Shown here: one piece after another, positions 51,704 to 61,329 of the stretch
Numbering within the stretch: position 1 is the first letter of the stretch
Layout: each line of letters starts with the position of its first letter
Source: an uncultured Alphaproteobacteria bacterium
Lineage (GTDB): Bacteria > Pseudomonadota > Alphaproteobacteria > HIMB59
Assembly: GCA_902555695.1 (NCBI GenBank)
Contig: CACDTV010000001.1
Span: 83,559-147,558 of the forward strand
Direction of reading: 5' to 3'
DNA: 64,000 bases
Translations under genes and position numbers: made by a program
The notes under the pieces: generated by a model
Seen by the model: the letters and a program-made list of their open reading frames with translations, nothing else
Databases searched by the model: none
Told to the model about the DNA's origin: nothing

Positions 51704-52257
51704 AAATTTATTTTAATAGAGCCAAGAACTGATAGAGATTTATCGGTTATCACCATTTCTCCTGAGCTTGGATAATAGTCAAGAAAGCCTCCTACAATTA
51801 CATAATGGGTTACAAAAATTAAATTACCTTGACTGTCGTCCCAATTTTTTATGAATTGATATAATTCAGACATTTGTTTTGAATGGTTTTTTTGATAATC
51901 AGCTGAAAATGTTGAATTTAAGGCACTTAAACTCTCAAAATTTCCAAATGCCAGACGAGCGGTTTCTTTGCAGCGACACCATTGGCTGGAATAAACAGAG
52001 TCTATTGGAATAGAATATTCAGAGAATAATTTGCCCATTCTTTTTGATTGATTAATTCCTTGTTCATTTAAATTTCTTTGTGTTGAACAATCGTATAATT
52101 CAAAATTATTGGGATCGCCACCTCCAGGAGCATATGCGTGACGAATAAAAACTACCTTACCACCCTCTTTTAATAATTCCCAACTTGTTGTTTCATCAGA
52201 TAAGGAATTAAATGTAAAAAAAAGAGAAATTAAGAAAAAGAAATTAACAATTTTCAT
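51700..52257 (-). CDS. Exported histidine phosphatase family protein
   Basis: Signal peptide, FIRHA, QRNL, SSQWCRCKETA, VTH. Confidence 0.85.
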   Translation of the reverse strand: MKIVNFFFLISLFFTFNSLSDETTSWELLKEGGKVVFIRHAYAPGGGDPNNFELYDCSTQRNLNEQGINQSKRMGKLFSEYSIPIDSVYSSQWCRCKETARLAFGNFESLSALNSTFSADYQKNHSKQMSELYQFIKNWDDSQGNLIFVTHYVIVGGFLDYYPSSGEMVITDKSLSVLGSIKINF

Positions 52258-52751
52258 TGTTGAGAGAGGTATTGATGATATGCCTGCTTTTTTACGTCAT
52301 TCCAATATTGATCTGCCTCTTCAGCTGTATATTTTCCATAAAGTTGCATCCAAAGATCAGTTGTCACTAAAGATAAAGCTTCCTCTTTTTCTTTCCACTC
52401 ATCATAGAACCAAGGGTCTAAAGAGGGATCAACTCCTTTTTGTGAAAAATAATTGACCTCTTCTTGAATTCCCCCTACGTCTATGATCATTGTTTTTGGA
52501 GAAAACTCTACATCTTCAAAAAAACGTATACGTGCAATGTCTTCTTCTCTTAATCCTTTAACCACTATACCCTCAACACCAGAATAATTTTCACCGAAGA
52601 TTATTACAGGGAAGTTTTCATTAACGACTAAACGCAATTCACTCTTAGGTGCAAATGCTGTAGTTATTTTTAAGTGATCAGTTTTTCCTCCTATAACCTT
52701 CTCTAATATTGAAATAGAGCGAAGAGTGCCGTAAAAAAAATAGTTATTCAT
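52254..52751 (-). CDS. Gamma-glutamylcyclotransferase-like (GGCT/AIG2) protein
   Basis: FFYGTLR, FP.I, VEGIVV, RIRFFE. Confidence 0.75.
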   Translation of the reverse strand: MNNYFFYGTLRSISILEKVIGGKTDHLKITTAFAPKSELRLVVNENFPVIIFGENYSGVEGIVVKGLREEDIARIRFFEDVEFSPKTMIIDVGGIQEEVNYFSQKGVDPSLDPWFYDEWKEKEEALSLVTTDLWMQLYGKYTAEEADQYWNDVKKQAYHQYLSQQ

Positions 52752-52758
52752 ATTAGTC

Positions 52759-53535
52759 TTAGAAAAATTCTGGAAGAGCTACTTTTTTTATCTTCATTTC
52801 ATGAAGGAGTATGCAAATTTGTTCAGAAATTTCAACACTATTTGGCGTGTCACTGTGGACACACACTGAATGAATATTTGTTTTGAGAGTATCCCCATTA
52901 CGTGAAATGATCCCTCCTTGTATAAGCATGGCTTTTACGTGTTCCTTGGCGCTTCTAGGATCTGTTATCAAAGAGTCATTAATGGAACGAGGTGTTAAAG
53001 TAGCATCATCTTCATAAGTGCGATCTGCAAAAATCTCAAGGGCGGTGGGTATGTTGCAATTCATAGCGATTTTAGCAAGTTCACTTAAAGCAGGTGCGAG
53101 TAATATCATTGATGGGTAATTTTTTTTTAAAACATCTACTATTTCACTAGAAAGGTCTTGGTCAACGCATGCCATATTACTCAAAGCTCCATGAAGCTTA
53201 ACATGTGTTAATGGAAAATTAATATTAGAGGCAAGATTATGCATAAACATTAACTGGTCTTTGACAATTTCTTGGATTAATTTTTTGTTCCAATTAATTT
53301 TTGTACGCCCAAAATTATCTCTATCTAAAAAAGAAATATGCGCACCAACTGAAACACATTTTGTTTTACAGTAATTTAGTGCTTTAAAAATAACGTCTTC
53401 TGACCCCCCATGATATAAACAAGAAAGATTAGCAGAGCTAATTTTATTTATTAACTGCGCATCAACAGTCTCGAAAAAACTGAGATCTTTTTCTGCGATA
53501 TCAGAATTTAAATTAATTTTATTCAAATGCACCAA
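52759..53535 (-). CDS. pxpA: 5-oxoprolinase subunit A (LamB/YcsF)
   Basis: NLNSD, SSAN..C..H, VGAH, HVKLHGAL, EIFADRTY, CVHSDTP. Confidence 0.9.
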   Translation of the reverse strand: MVHLNKINLNSDIAEKDLSFFETVDAQLINKISSANLSCLYHGGSEDVIFKALNYCKTKCVSVGAHISFLDRDNFGRTKINWNKKLIQEIVKDQLMFMHNLASNINFPLTHVKLHGALSNMACVDQDLSSEIVDVLKKNYPSMILLAPALSELAKIAMNCNIPTALEIFADRTYEDDATLTPRSINDSLITDPRSAKEHVKAMLIQGGIISRNGDTLKTNIHSVCVHSDTPNSVEISEQICILLHEMKIKKVALPEFF

Positions 53536-53555
53536 AGTTACATTATGATATTAGC

Positions 53556-54275
53556 GTGTATTTCAAAGGAATAAATTCTTATGGGGATCGGGGTTTAGTC
53601 TTAGATTTTGGGAATGAAACCTCAAAATCTATATCACAGGAGGTAAATGAGACATTTTTAAATATTTCAAACCTTAATCTTCAATCACTAAACATTATTC
53701 CTTCCTTCAATAAAATAGTTGTAATTTTTGAAAATTCAAAAATTAGAGATCAAAACAAAGACAAAATTAGTATGAAAATGAAAGATACAAACTCTCAAAC
53801 TAACAAAAAAGTCACTAAAGCGTGGGAAATACCGGCATGTTATAATGAAGATTTTGCTTTAGATATAAAGATCATCCAAAAACTAAACCAGATTACAAAA
53901 GAAGAGGTTATCAATCTTCACTCATCAGTTCGTTACTATACATATTATATAGGCTTCATGCCGGGATTTCCATATTTAGGGGATGTTCCCTCCCAATTAA
54001 TCACACCGCGGTTAGCTACTCCAAGGGTAAAAATTCCTGCTAGATCCATTGGCATAGCAAAAAACCATACCTGTATATATCCAAAAGTTTCACCTGGGGG
54101 TTGGAATATAATTGGACAAATACCATTTGATATTTTTGATTTACAAAGTTCTTACCCTTCCCTTTTTCTTCCAGGTGATGAGGTAAAATTTTACTCCGTA
54201 TCACTTTCAGAGTTTGAAAAAATTAGAAAATATAATTTTTCATTAAATGAATTGATCAAGGAATACTCGTCATGA
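53556..54275 (+). CDS. pxpB: 5-oxoprolinase subunit B
   Basis: YGD, IPACY, IGFMPGFPYLG, YP..SPGGWNIIG. Confidence 0.9.
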   Translation: MYFKGINSYGDRGLVLDFGNETSKSISQEVNETFLNISNLNLQSLNIIPSFNKIVVIFENSKIRDQNKDKISMKMKDTNSQTNKKVTKAWEIPACYNEDFALDIKIIQKLNQITKEEVINLHSSVRYYTYYIGFMPGFPYLGDVPSQLITPRLATPRVKIPARSIGIAKNHTCIYPKVSPGGWNIIGQIPFDIFDLQSSYPSLFLPGDEVKFYSVSLSEFEKIRKYNFSLNELIKEYSS

Positions 54276-55150
54276 ACTCAATCATAATCACTCGTGCAGG
54301 GACTCATTCAACGATTCAAGACTTTGGAAGATTTCAATATCAGCACTTAGGAGTTTCACCAAGTGGAGCAATGGACCAAAGAATTATTACAGAGCTACAA
54401 AAAATTATACCCAATCATCAAAATCAATTTCTAGAATTTGCTTATGTGGGGCCTTCAATAAAAGTAAAAGAGGGATCTGTTAAGATTTGTGTTGGTGGTA
54501 ATTGTAATATGAGTATTCAGAAAAATAACAACAGCCAGCTTGAGTGCCAGCCCTATAAAAGTATTAATTTATTTGAGGGCGATGAATTGATTATTCACAA
54601 TACAATAGACTCAGTATATGGATACATAGCTTTTGAGCATGGACTTGGGTTAGAGCCTTGTCTTAATAGCTACTCTACTGACACAAAAGCAGGAATAGGT
54701 TCGATTAATCGACCTTTAAATGATGAAGATATATTTCACATTAGCAAAGATGTAAGCTCTTGGGATCTTATCTCTATACCAAAACCTGATTTAGAAAAGG
54801 TAACCAATTTCAAAGTTTATCCCGGTCCTCAACTTCAATATTTCTCAGACAATACTCTACAATCTTTTATTAGCGGTGTTTTTACAATAACTAATCAAAG
54901 TGATCGAATGGGTATCAGGCTCAAAGGTGAGAGTCTCATTAGTTCTAAGTCTCATGATATTTTGTCTGAAGGAATATTACCTGGGTCTATTCAAGTGCCA
55001 AGTGATGGGCAACCCATTGTATTAATGCGGGACATTCCTTGTACTGGCGGGTATCCAAAAATTGCAATTTTAAATGAAGTGGATATTTCAAGAATCTCTC
55101 AGCTCCCCCCTGAAACCAAAATCACCTTCGATTTACAAACAATCTATTAG
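54272..55150 (+). CDS. pxpC: 5-oxoprolinase subunit C
   Basis: TIQDFGR, SGAMD, SDRMGIRL, GSIQVP.DGQPIVL, TGGYPKI. Confidence 0.92.
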   Translation: MNSIIITRAGTHSTIQDFGRFQYQHLGVSPSGAMDQRIITELQKIIPNHQNQFLEFAYVGPSIKVKEGSVKICVGGNCNMSIQKNNNSQLECQPYKSINLFEGDELIIHNTIDSVYGYIAFEHGLGLEPCLNSYSTDTKAGIGSINRPLNDEDIFHISKDVSSWDLISIPKPDLEKVTNFKVYPGPQLQYFSDNTLQSFISGVFTITNQSDRMGIRLKGESLISSKSHDILSEGILPGSIQVPSDGQPIVLMRDIPCTGGYPKIAILNEVDISRISQLPPETKITFDLQTIY

Positions 55151-55174
55151 CACAGATTTTATGTATAATTAAAA

Positions 55175-55912
55175 GTGAAAATCTCAAGTCTTCAAGATCT
55201 AATACCAATATCGAAAAATTCGAATAGCTCCATGTTATCAAGACATGATGCACTGGAAAAATTCAATTCTTTTAATCCTGCTCTCTATGCAAAAACAAGA
55301 AACTTTTTGAATGGACAAATTTCAAGATTATCAGCCCATATAAAATATGGAATTATAACTAACAAAGAGCTCTATCAATATATTCGAGACAAATATAATT
55401 TTGTTGAGAGTGAAAAGTTTATTCAAGAATTAGCATGGAGAGATTTTTGGAGAAGCTATGCCTACCATCATCCTGATCAATTATGGACAGATGTAGAAGA
55501 ATATAAAACTGGATTTCAAGCTCAAGAATATCAAGATAACTTGCCTGAGGATGTTATGTCAGCAACAACACCAACACAGATTATTAATATTTTCATCGAG
55601 CAACTCACTAGCACTGGGTACCTTCATAACCATGCACGTATGTATTTGGCTTCTTATATTATTCACTTTAGAAGAGTGAAGTGGCAAGCTGGAGCAAAGT
55701 TTTTTATGAGTCATCTACTGGATGGAGATATTGCAAGTAATAACTTCTCTTGGCAGTGGATCGCGAGTACCTTTGCAGGAAAACCTTATATATTTAATTT
55801 AGAAAATGTTCACAAATACTGTCACAAAAGCATAGATATTATACCTGAGAAGAATAGAGAAATAGATGGCAGCTATGAAGAAATTAGCTCGAGGCTCTTT
55901 CCCAATTTATGA
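55175..55912 (+). CDS. Photolyase FAD-binding (catalytic) domain only; short/inverted-topology photolyase-like
   Basis: YAKTRNF, SRLS.HI..G, KFIQELAWRDFW, TGYLHNHARM, LLDGD.ASN..SWQW; no N-terminal antenna domain. Confidence 0.88.
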   Translation: MKISSLQDLIPISKNSNSSMLSRHDALEKFNSFNPALYAKTRNFLNGQISRLSAHIKYGIITNKELYQYIRDKYNFVESEKFIQELAWRDFWRSYAYHHPDQLWTDVEEYKTGFQAQEYQDNLPEDVMSATTPTQIINIFIEQLTSTGYLHNHARMYLASYIIHFRRVKWQAGAKFFMSHLLDGDIASNNFSWQWIASTFAGKPYIFNLENVHKYCHKSIDIIPEKNREIDGSYEEISSRLFPNL

Positions 55913-56304
55913 ACTTAATTTATTTATATGACGAGTTTATGAGAGTGCCAGCCGGTATTGAGGGTAATCCTGTTTACATCTTTGATGATACTTTAACTGA
56001 AGGCTATGAGCTTAGTGACAAAATCATTGAAAATAGATACTTTTTAGCCAAAGAGGCAGGGGCTGAAATCTATAGAGGTAATACATATGAGGTATTGCAA
56101 GAAATTCATGACCAAAACGCCATATCCAAAATTATTACAAAATCTACTTTTAGACCTATTTACCAAAATTTATTTCAAAAATTAGGTGAAAAATTTGATT
56201 TAGAGCAGTTACCCGATTACTTCTTGTTACAGGAGAATTATCTTCATCCAGCAAAAAGATTTTTTCAGTATTGGAACAAAATTAAGAAAAATTTAAAATA
56301 TTAG
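55909..56304 (+). CDS. Putative stand-alone photolyase N-terminal (alpha/beta, antenna-like) domain
   Basis: PVYIFDD, EIYRG, KRFFQYW pattern; ATGA overlap with the FAD-domain gene. Confidence 0.55.
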   Translation: MNLIYLYDEFMRVPAGIEGNPVYIFDDTLTEGYELSDKIIENRYFLAKEAGAEIYRGNTYEVLQEIHDQNAISKIITKSTFRPIYQNLFQKLGEKFDLEQLPDYFLLQENYLHPAKRFFQYWNKIKKNLKY

Positions 56305-56306
56305 TC

Positions 56307-56507
56307 ATGGCTGAGAAATGCAAATATTGCGAGGGAGAGTTATCAGTCATGGACAGTGTGTATATTGAATCTGAAATTCGAACAGCACCTAAGAAAGTTC
56401 AAAATTTAATTAAAAGTCATCATAATCTTGTCTGTTACATGTGTTATAAAAAACTAAAAGCTATTAAAGTGATAAATACTGAAGATAAAAATAAAAAATT
56501 AAATTAA
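56307..56507 (+). CDS. Small 4-Cys protein (CxxC...CxxC)
   Basis: CKYC and CYMC; starts 2 nt after the previous stop. Confidence 0.55.
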   Translation: MAEKCKYCEGELSVMDSVYIESEIRTAPKKVQNLIKSHHNLVCYMCYKKLKAIKVINTEDKNKKLN

Positions 56508-58129
56508 AGATTTTTCACTGTTTCTCTTAGCTCGTACTTTTGAATTTTTCCAGTTGATGTTTTTGGTAGGACCTGAAATACAAAAGTTTTAGGCATTTTA
56601 AAACCAGCTAAGTGCTCTCTGCAAAATTTCTTTAGCTCATCTTCTTCTACTGTTTGACCTTCAACTAACTCTATAAAAGCACAGGGTGTCTCACCCCATT
56701 TTTCATCAGGTCTAGCAACAACTGCTGCTAATGATACTGCAGGGTGCTTTGTAATAATATTTTCAATCTCTACAGATGATATATTTTCACCACCACTAAT
56801 AATGATATCTTTTGATCGATCTTTAACTTGAATATACCCACTGGGGTGCATTACTGCTAAGTCGCCCGAGTGAAACCATCCACTTTTCATCGACTCTTTA
56901 GTAGCTTCTTCATTTTTGTAGTATCCCATCATGACAGTATTTCCTCGGATCATAATCTCCCCCATAGTTTCTCCATCGGATGGGACAGGTTCGAGTGTTT
57001 CTGGGTTCATCACCGATACCATTTCTGTGTGTGGGTAGCGAACTCCTTGATAGGCTTTTAGCTCAGATCGCTTTTCATCTGCTAGATTATCCCAGTCCTT
57101 ATTCCATGCACAATGAACAACATGACCGTAAGTTTCAGTCAGTCCATATACATGCATAACCTCAAAGCCTAAAGACTCCATTTTCTGAAGAATTGAACTA
57201 GGGGGCGGTGCACCAGCAGTCATAACATAAACCTTACTTTTCAATGCTTTTTGATCATCTGCAGGGGCATTTGCTATCATATTTAACACGATAGGAGCAC
57301 CTCCAAAGTGAGTCACCTCATATTCATCGATTAATTCGAAAATTTCTTTAACAACTATATTTCGTATAAATATTACACGGGCATGGAGCATCGCCAAAGT
57401 CCATGGATACCCCCAGCCATTACAGTGAAACATTGGCACTGTATATAAATAGGTGAGCCGGTTAGGCATATTCCATGCAGTGATACTTCCCATTGACATT
57501 AAATAGGACCCTCTGTGATGGTACACAACACCTTTTGGGTTTCCTGTCGTTCCGGATGTATAGTTAAGCGAAATAGCCTGCCACTCATCATCAGGTCTTA
57601 TCCATTCAAACCCCACATCACCTGTTTGTAGGAAACTTTCATACTCTAGTTTTCCAATTGATGGAATATCTCCTAAATCTGCTTGCTTGTCGTCGATATC
57701 AATAACGATGATATCTCGGTTAACTTGAGCAATAGCATCAATTGCTACATTGTGAAACTGTCGATCCACTATAAAAACTTTGCAGTCACTATGGTCTAAT
57801 ATGTAGGCAACTGTTCTGGTGTCTAAACGAGTATTAATTGTATTAACAACACCTCCAGTCATGGGAACAGAATAATGCGCTTCAAATAATTCAGGTGTGT
57901 TTGCTGCCATAATAGAAACAACATCACCTTTACCAATTCCAACCTTTGTTAAGGCACTGGCAAATCGAGTACATCGATCGTAAACCTGTCTCCAAGAGTA
58001 TTTTCTCTCTTTATATACTATGGCTTCATAATCGGGGTATACGTCTTTTATTCGATCAAGGAAACTGATGGGAGTCAAAGGAACAAAGTTTGCATCATTT
58101 TTATGCATTCCCTGTTCAAAATTATTCAT
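56504..58129 (-). CDS. Acyl-CoA synthetase (AMP-forming), DmdB-like
   Basis: ANFVPLTPISFL, YTSGTTGNPKGVVYHHRG, PMFHCNGW, YGLTETYG, GWFHSGD, PKTSTGKIQK. Confidence 0.9.
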   Translation of the reverse strand: MNNFEQGMHKNDANFVPLTPISFLDRIKDVYPDYEAIVYKERKYSWRQVYDRCTRFASALTKVGIGKGDVVSIMAANTPELFEAHYSVPMTGGVVNTINTRLDTRTVAYILDHSDCKVFIVDRQFHNVAIDAIAQVNRDIIVIDIDDKQADLGDIPSIGKLEYESFLQTGDVGFEWIRPDDEWQAISLNYTSGTTGNPKGVVYHHRGSYLMSMGSITAWNMPNRLTYLYTVPMFHCNGWGYPWTLAMLHARVIFIRNIVVKEIFELIDEYEVTHFGGAPIVLNMIANAPADDQKALKSKVYVMTAGAPPPSSILQKMESLGFEVMHVYGLTETYGHVVHCAWNKDWDNLADEKRSELKAYQGVRYPHTEMVSVMNPETLEPVPSDGETMGEIMIRGNTVMMGYYKNEEATKESMKSGWFHSGDLAVMHPSGYIQVKDRSKDIIISGGENISSVEIENIITKHPAVSLAAVVARPDEKWGETPCAFIELVEGQTVEEDELKKFCREHLAGFKMPKTFVFQVLPKTSTGKIQKYELRETVKNL

Positions 58130-60468
58130 TAGTTTTTTAGTCTTCTCCCCGTAGACAACATTGCATGGATCCTATCCCTCGTCTTATTGGATTGTATTAA
58201 ATTTATCAAAGACTGTCGCTCTAAATTATAAAGATCAGCTTCCGACAATTCTTTTGATTTAGTTGTATCACCCCCGCTAAGAACGGTTGCTAAATGAAGA
58301 CCAATATCAACATCATAGCCAAAAATGATCTTTTTTTGCTCTAAATCCAATAAAACTTGGTGCATTTTCTCTTTTACCTCAGGTCCGCTTAGTGTGAACT
58401 TTGGCTTTTCAGGAGCTGAATATCCATTCTTTAATAATGATACTTGATTAAAGGCCTCCACAAGAAGATTATCTCTATTCAATACAAAAATATCATCATC
58501 TAGAAAAAATTTATGCTTTTTGGCTTGCAATGGGGAATGGGCCATTAGGCCATATCCTATAATGTCAAATACTTGAAGGGCTGCTTGATCATGATCGTTG
58601 ACATATTTTTTATCTTGTACCCATCTCCATAGTAATTCTTTACAACCACCTCCACCTGGAACAAGGCCAACACCTGTCTCTACTAAGCCTAAAGTACTAT
58701 TCATATGTGCAACCATCTTAGAAGTTTGACATGCTACTTCAAAACCACCACCAATAGCTAATCCTGCTACGGCACTAACTGTTGGTTTCGATGCATATTT
58801 CATTTTCATACATGCAGATTGAAAATCAGATAGGTATTTATCAATACCTTTCCAATCTTTCACGTCAGCTAAACCAATCATGGTATTTAAATCAGCACCT
58901 GCAGAAAAATTCATAGCCTCATTATAAACTACAAGCCCTTGATAATTATCTTGCTCAAGACGGTCTACTGACTCCTCTAAAATTTTCATGGCATCTGCGT
59001 TCAGAGCATTAGCCTTGGTGTGAAATTCACAACATAGTATCTTCTGTTCTCGTGGCTCATCATTAAATTGCCATATAGTGGCAGCGAAGTTTTTAGATAA
59101 AGGGTTAGCATATTTCTTGTGATCACCTAATCGGCGAACACCCTCTCCTCTAGAGATAAACTTCATACCTGCCTCATGATTATAGGCCCGTGAGGAAGCT
59201 GAGTCGTAAGGCTCTTGTTTTAGCTTAATCATAGTTGTCAACAACTCAGGAACATCTTGTTTTTCATCTTGAAGTCGTTGAACAAATTTGTTGAGACCGT
59301 ACTCATTTAATAATTCAAATGGCCCTTCATTCCAGTTAAATCCCATGCGAAGAGCGTCATCTATATCTGTTACCCTTGAAGAAACTTCGGGAACACAAAA
59401 AGCGCTATAATTAATGATTTTTGCTAGAACTGCAAAAGCATATCGACCATACTCACTGTCATCATCAAGGAGTGCTTTGATGCCCTCTTTCTCAACTCTT
59501 CTTGCGATTTCTAAATCTACTTTATCAAAATCGTAATAACTCATATCCGATGTGTTCATCGCCTTGACATGTTCATCGCCCTCAACAATTGTTGTTTGAT
59601 AAAAACCCCCAGGGCCCTTATTTCCATTAAAACCTTTTTCAAGTAACTGCTCGACCAGAGGGTGAGGTTTAACCACATCCATGAAAGGATCATTTTCTTG
59701 TAATTCTTTTTTAAAGCTCGCAAGAACATCTTTCATCAAATCAATTCCAATAAGGTCATACAATCCAAAGACACCTGTTTTAGGAATTCCTAATGGTCGG
59801 CCAAATAAGGCATCTGCAATTTCTACTGGAAGACCTCGCTCTAATGCTTCATACATAGCAACCTGCATTGCATACACACCAATTCGATTACCAATAAAAC
59901 CAGGGGTATCATTACAATTCACAATTCCTTTACCTAGCTCATTTTTACAAAAATCACGAAGTCCACCCATCTTATCTTTATTCATCGTTGGTGTTTCAAC
60001 GATCTCTAATAATCTCATAAATCGGACAGGATTAAAAAAGTGAGTGATACAAAAATCTGCTTTCATGCTATCGGACATCTCTTGTGTCAGAATTGTAAGA
60101 GGAATTGTCGAAGTATTAGATGAAATAATAGAGTTGGAGCTGCGAACTTTATCAATTTGGGAGTAAAGTTTGTGTTTGATATCAATACGCTCAACAACAG
60201 CTTCGATAACCCAATCTGCATCTTTGATTTCATCAAAATCGTCATCGAGGTTACCTGGTTTGATATGATCAATTCTAGATCTTTCCACTAATAGAGGCGG
60301 ATCTGACTTTTTGATAATATCAATGGCGTTTTCAGAAATTTGGTTGGGTTTGTCTTTGCCTTTGAGATCGAGCAAAACTACCTGGCGGTTAGAATTAGCC
60401 AAATGGGCGGCAATACCTGAACCCATCGTTCCAGCGCCAATTACAACAATTTTATTGAATTTACTCAT
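58129..60468 (-). CDS. 3-hydroxyacyl-CoA dehydrogenase / enoyl-CoA hydratase family (FadN-like)
   Basis: GAGTMGSGIA, IEAVVE, SSNTST, HFFNPVR, DTPGFIGNRIG, crotonase domain NFSAGADL and GGGFE. Confidence 0.92.
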   Translation of the reverse strand: MSKFNKIVVIGAGTMGSGIAAHLANSNRQVVLLDLKGKDKPNQISENAIDIIKKSDPPLLVERSRIDHIKPGNLDDDFDEIKDADWVIEAVVERIDIKHKLYSQIDKVRSSNSIISSNTSTIPLTILTQEMSDSMKADFCITHFFNPVRFMRLLEIVETPTMNKDKMGGLRDFCKNELGKGIVNCNDTPGFIGNRIGVYAMQVAMYEALERGLPVEIADALFGRPLGIPKTGVFGLYDLIGIDLMKDVLASFKKELQENDPFMDVVKPHPLVEQLLEKGFNGNKGPGGFYQTTIVEGDEHVKAMNTSDMSYYDFDKVDLEIARRVEKEGIKALLDDDSEYGRYAFAVLAKIINYSAFCVPEVSSRVTDIDDALRMGFNWNEGPFELLNEYGLNKFVQRLQDEKQDVPELLTTMIKLKQEPYDSASSRAYNHEAGMKFISRGEGVRRLGDHKKYANPLSKNFAATIWQFNDEPREQKILCCEFHTKANALNADAMKILEESVDRLEQDNYQGLVVYNEAMNFSAGADLNTMIGLADVKDWKGIDKYLSDFQSACMKMKYASKPTVSAVAGLAIGGGFEVACQTSKMVAHMNSTLGLVETGVGLVPGGGGCKELLWRWVQDKKYVNDHDQAALQVFDIIGYGLMAHSPLQAKKHKFFLDDDIFVLNRDNLLVEAFNQVSLLKNGYSAPEKPKFTLSGPEVKEKMHQVLLDLEQKKIIFGYDVDIGLHLATVLSGGDTTKSKELSEADLYNLERQSLINLIQSNKTRDRIHAMLSTGRRLKN

Positions 60469-60521
60469 ACCGACAGAAGAGGGATAATAGCAAAAGTTAA
60501 AAATTATTATATAATTAAGTT

Positions 60522-60836
60522 GTGAGCACTCCGAAAAATGTAAAATGCTGCAAATGCGGCAAAATTTTGAAATTTAGATTAGAGGGTTATGCAACACCTA
60601 GTGAATTTGTATTAGATGAAAAAGATGTAGATGGAATGCCAGTATTTTTATGTGGTTCAATAAAAGGATGTAGATTTAAAATTGACCCAGTTGATTATAT
60701 GAAAAATCGAGGAAACGATAATCACATAGTAAAAACAGTTGACGCTGATCTAGATTTTTCGAATTGGGACTTTGAAAATTTACCAACAAAAAAAATCAAG
60801 AGATCTATATTTCATAAAGTAAAAAAATTCATCTAA
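60522..60836 (+). CDS. Hypothetical Cys-containing protein
   Basis: 104-aa ORF with CCKC and CxxxxxC; TATAAT 6 nt before the GTG. Confidence 0.55.
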   Translation: MSTPKNVKCCKCGKILKFRLEGYATPSEFVLDEKDVDGMPVFLCGSIKGCRFKIDPVDYMKNRGNDNHIVKTVDADLDFSNWDFENLPTKKIKRSIFHKVKKFI

Positions 60837-60837
60837 A

Positions 60838-61329
60838 TTAATTAAATTTACTTCTCCATTTATTGTAATATTTATTCCATTTATTTAATAACTTTTGTGC
60901 CTCAAAGGCTTTGTGATTATTTTCGTATTTATATTCTGTATAATAATCAATTAGTAATATGTGAGCCTTTCTAAAATATTTCTCATATTTTTTTTTTAAA
61001 TCTTTATTAAATAAACTAGTATCTACTCTGTCTAAATAGTAATTTTCTACATCATACGAATATTTTAATGATTTTTTTAAAAGACCTATTAATTCTACTC
61101 TATCATAATAATCAAAAACTCCAGTCCTATCTGCTTTATCAATTATTTTCATTGCTTGATTATATGTATTTAGAGAAATGATAAAGTTATCTCTCGATTT
61201 TATTAATCTTTCTTGCTCATCAGCGTATAAAAAATTAGTGCTAAAAAAAAACAAAATATAGTTTAAAATAATCAATGTGAAAAATTTTTTATTATTTGCG
61301 GTATACATAATACTCACCTTATATGGCAT
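60838..61329 (-). CDS. Hypothetical exported protein
   Basis: Hydrophobic signal-like segment ending LYA-DE, then a helical domain; start uncertain. Confidence 0.5.
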   Translation of the reverse strand: MPYKVSIMYTANNKKFFTLIILNYILFFFSTNFLYADEQERLIKSRDNFIISLNTYNQAMKIIDKADRTGVFDYYDRVELIGLLKKSLKYSYDVENYYLDRVDTSLFNKDLKKKYEKYFRKAHILLIDYYTEYKYENNHKAFEAQKLLNKWNKYYNKWRSKFN

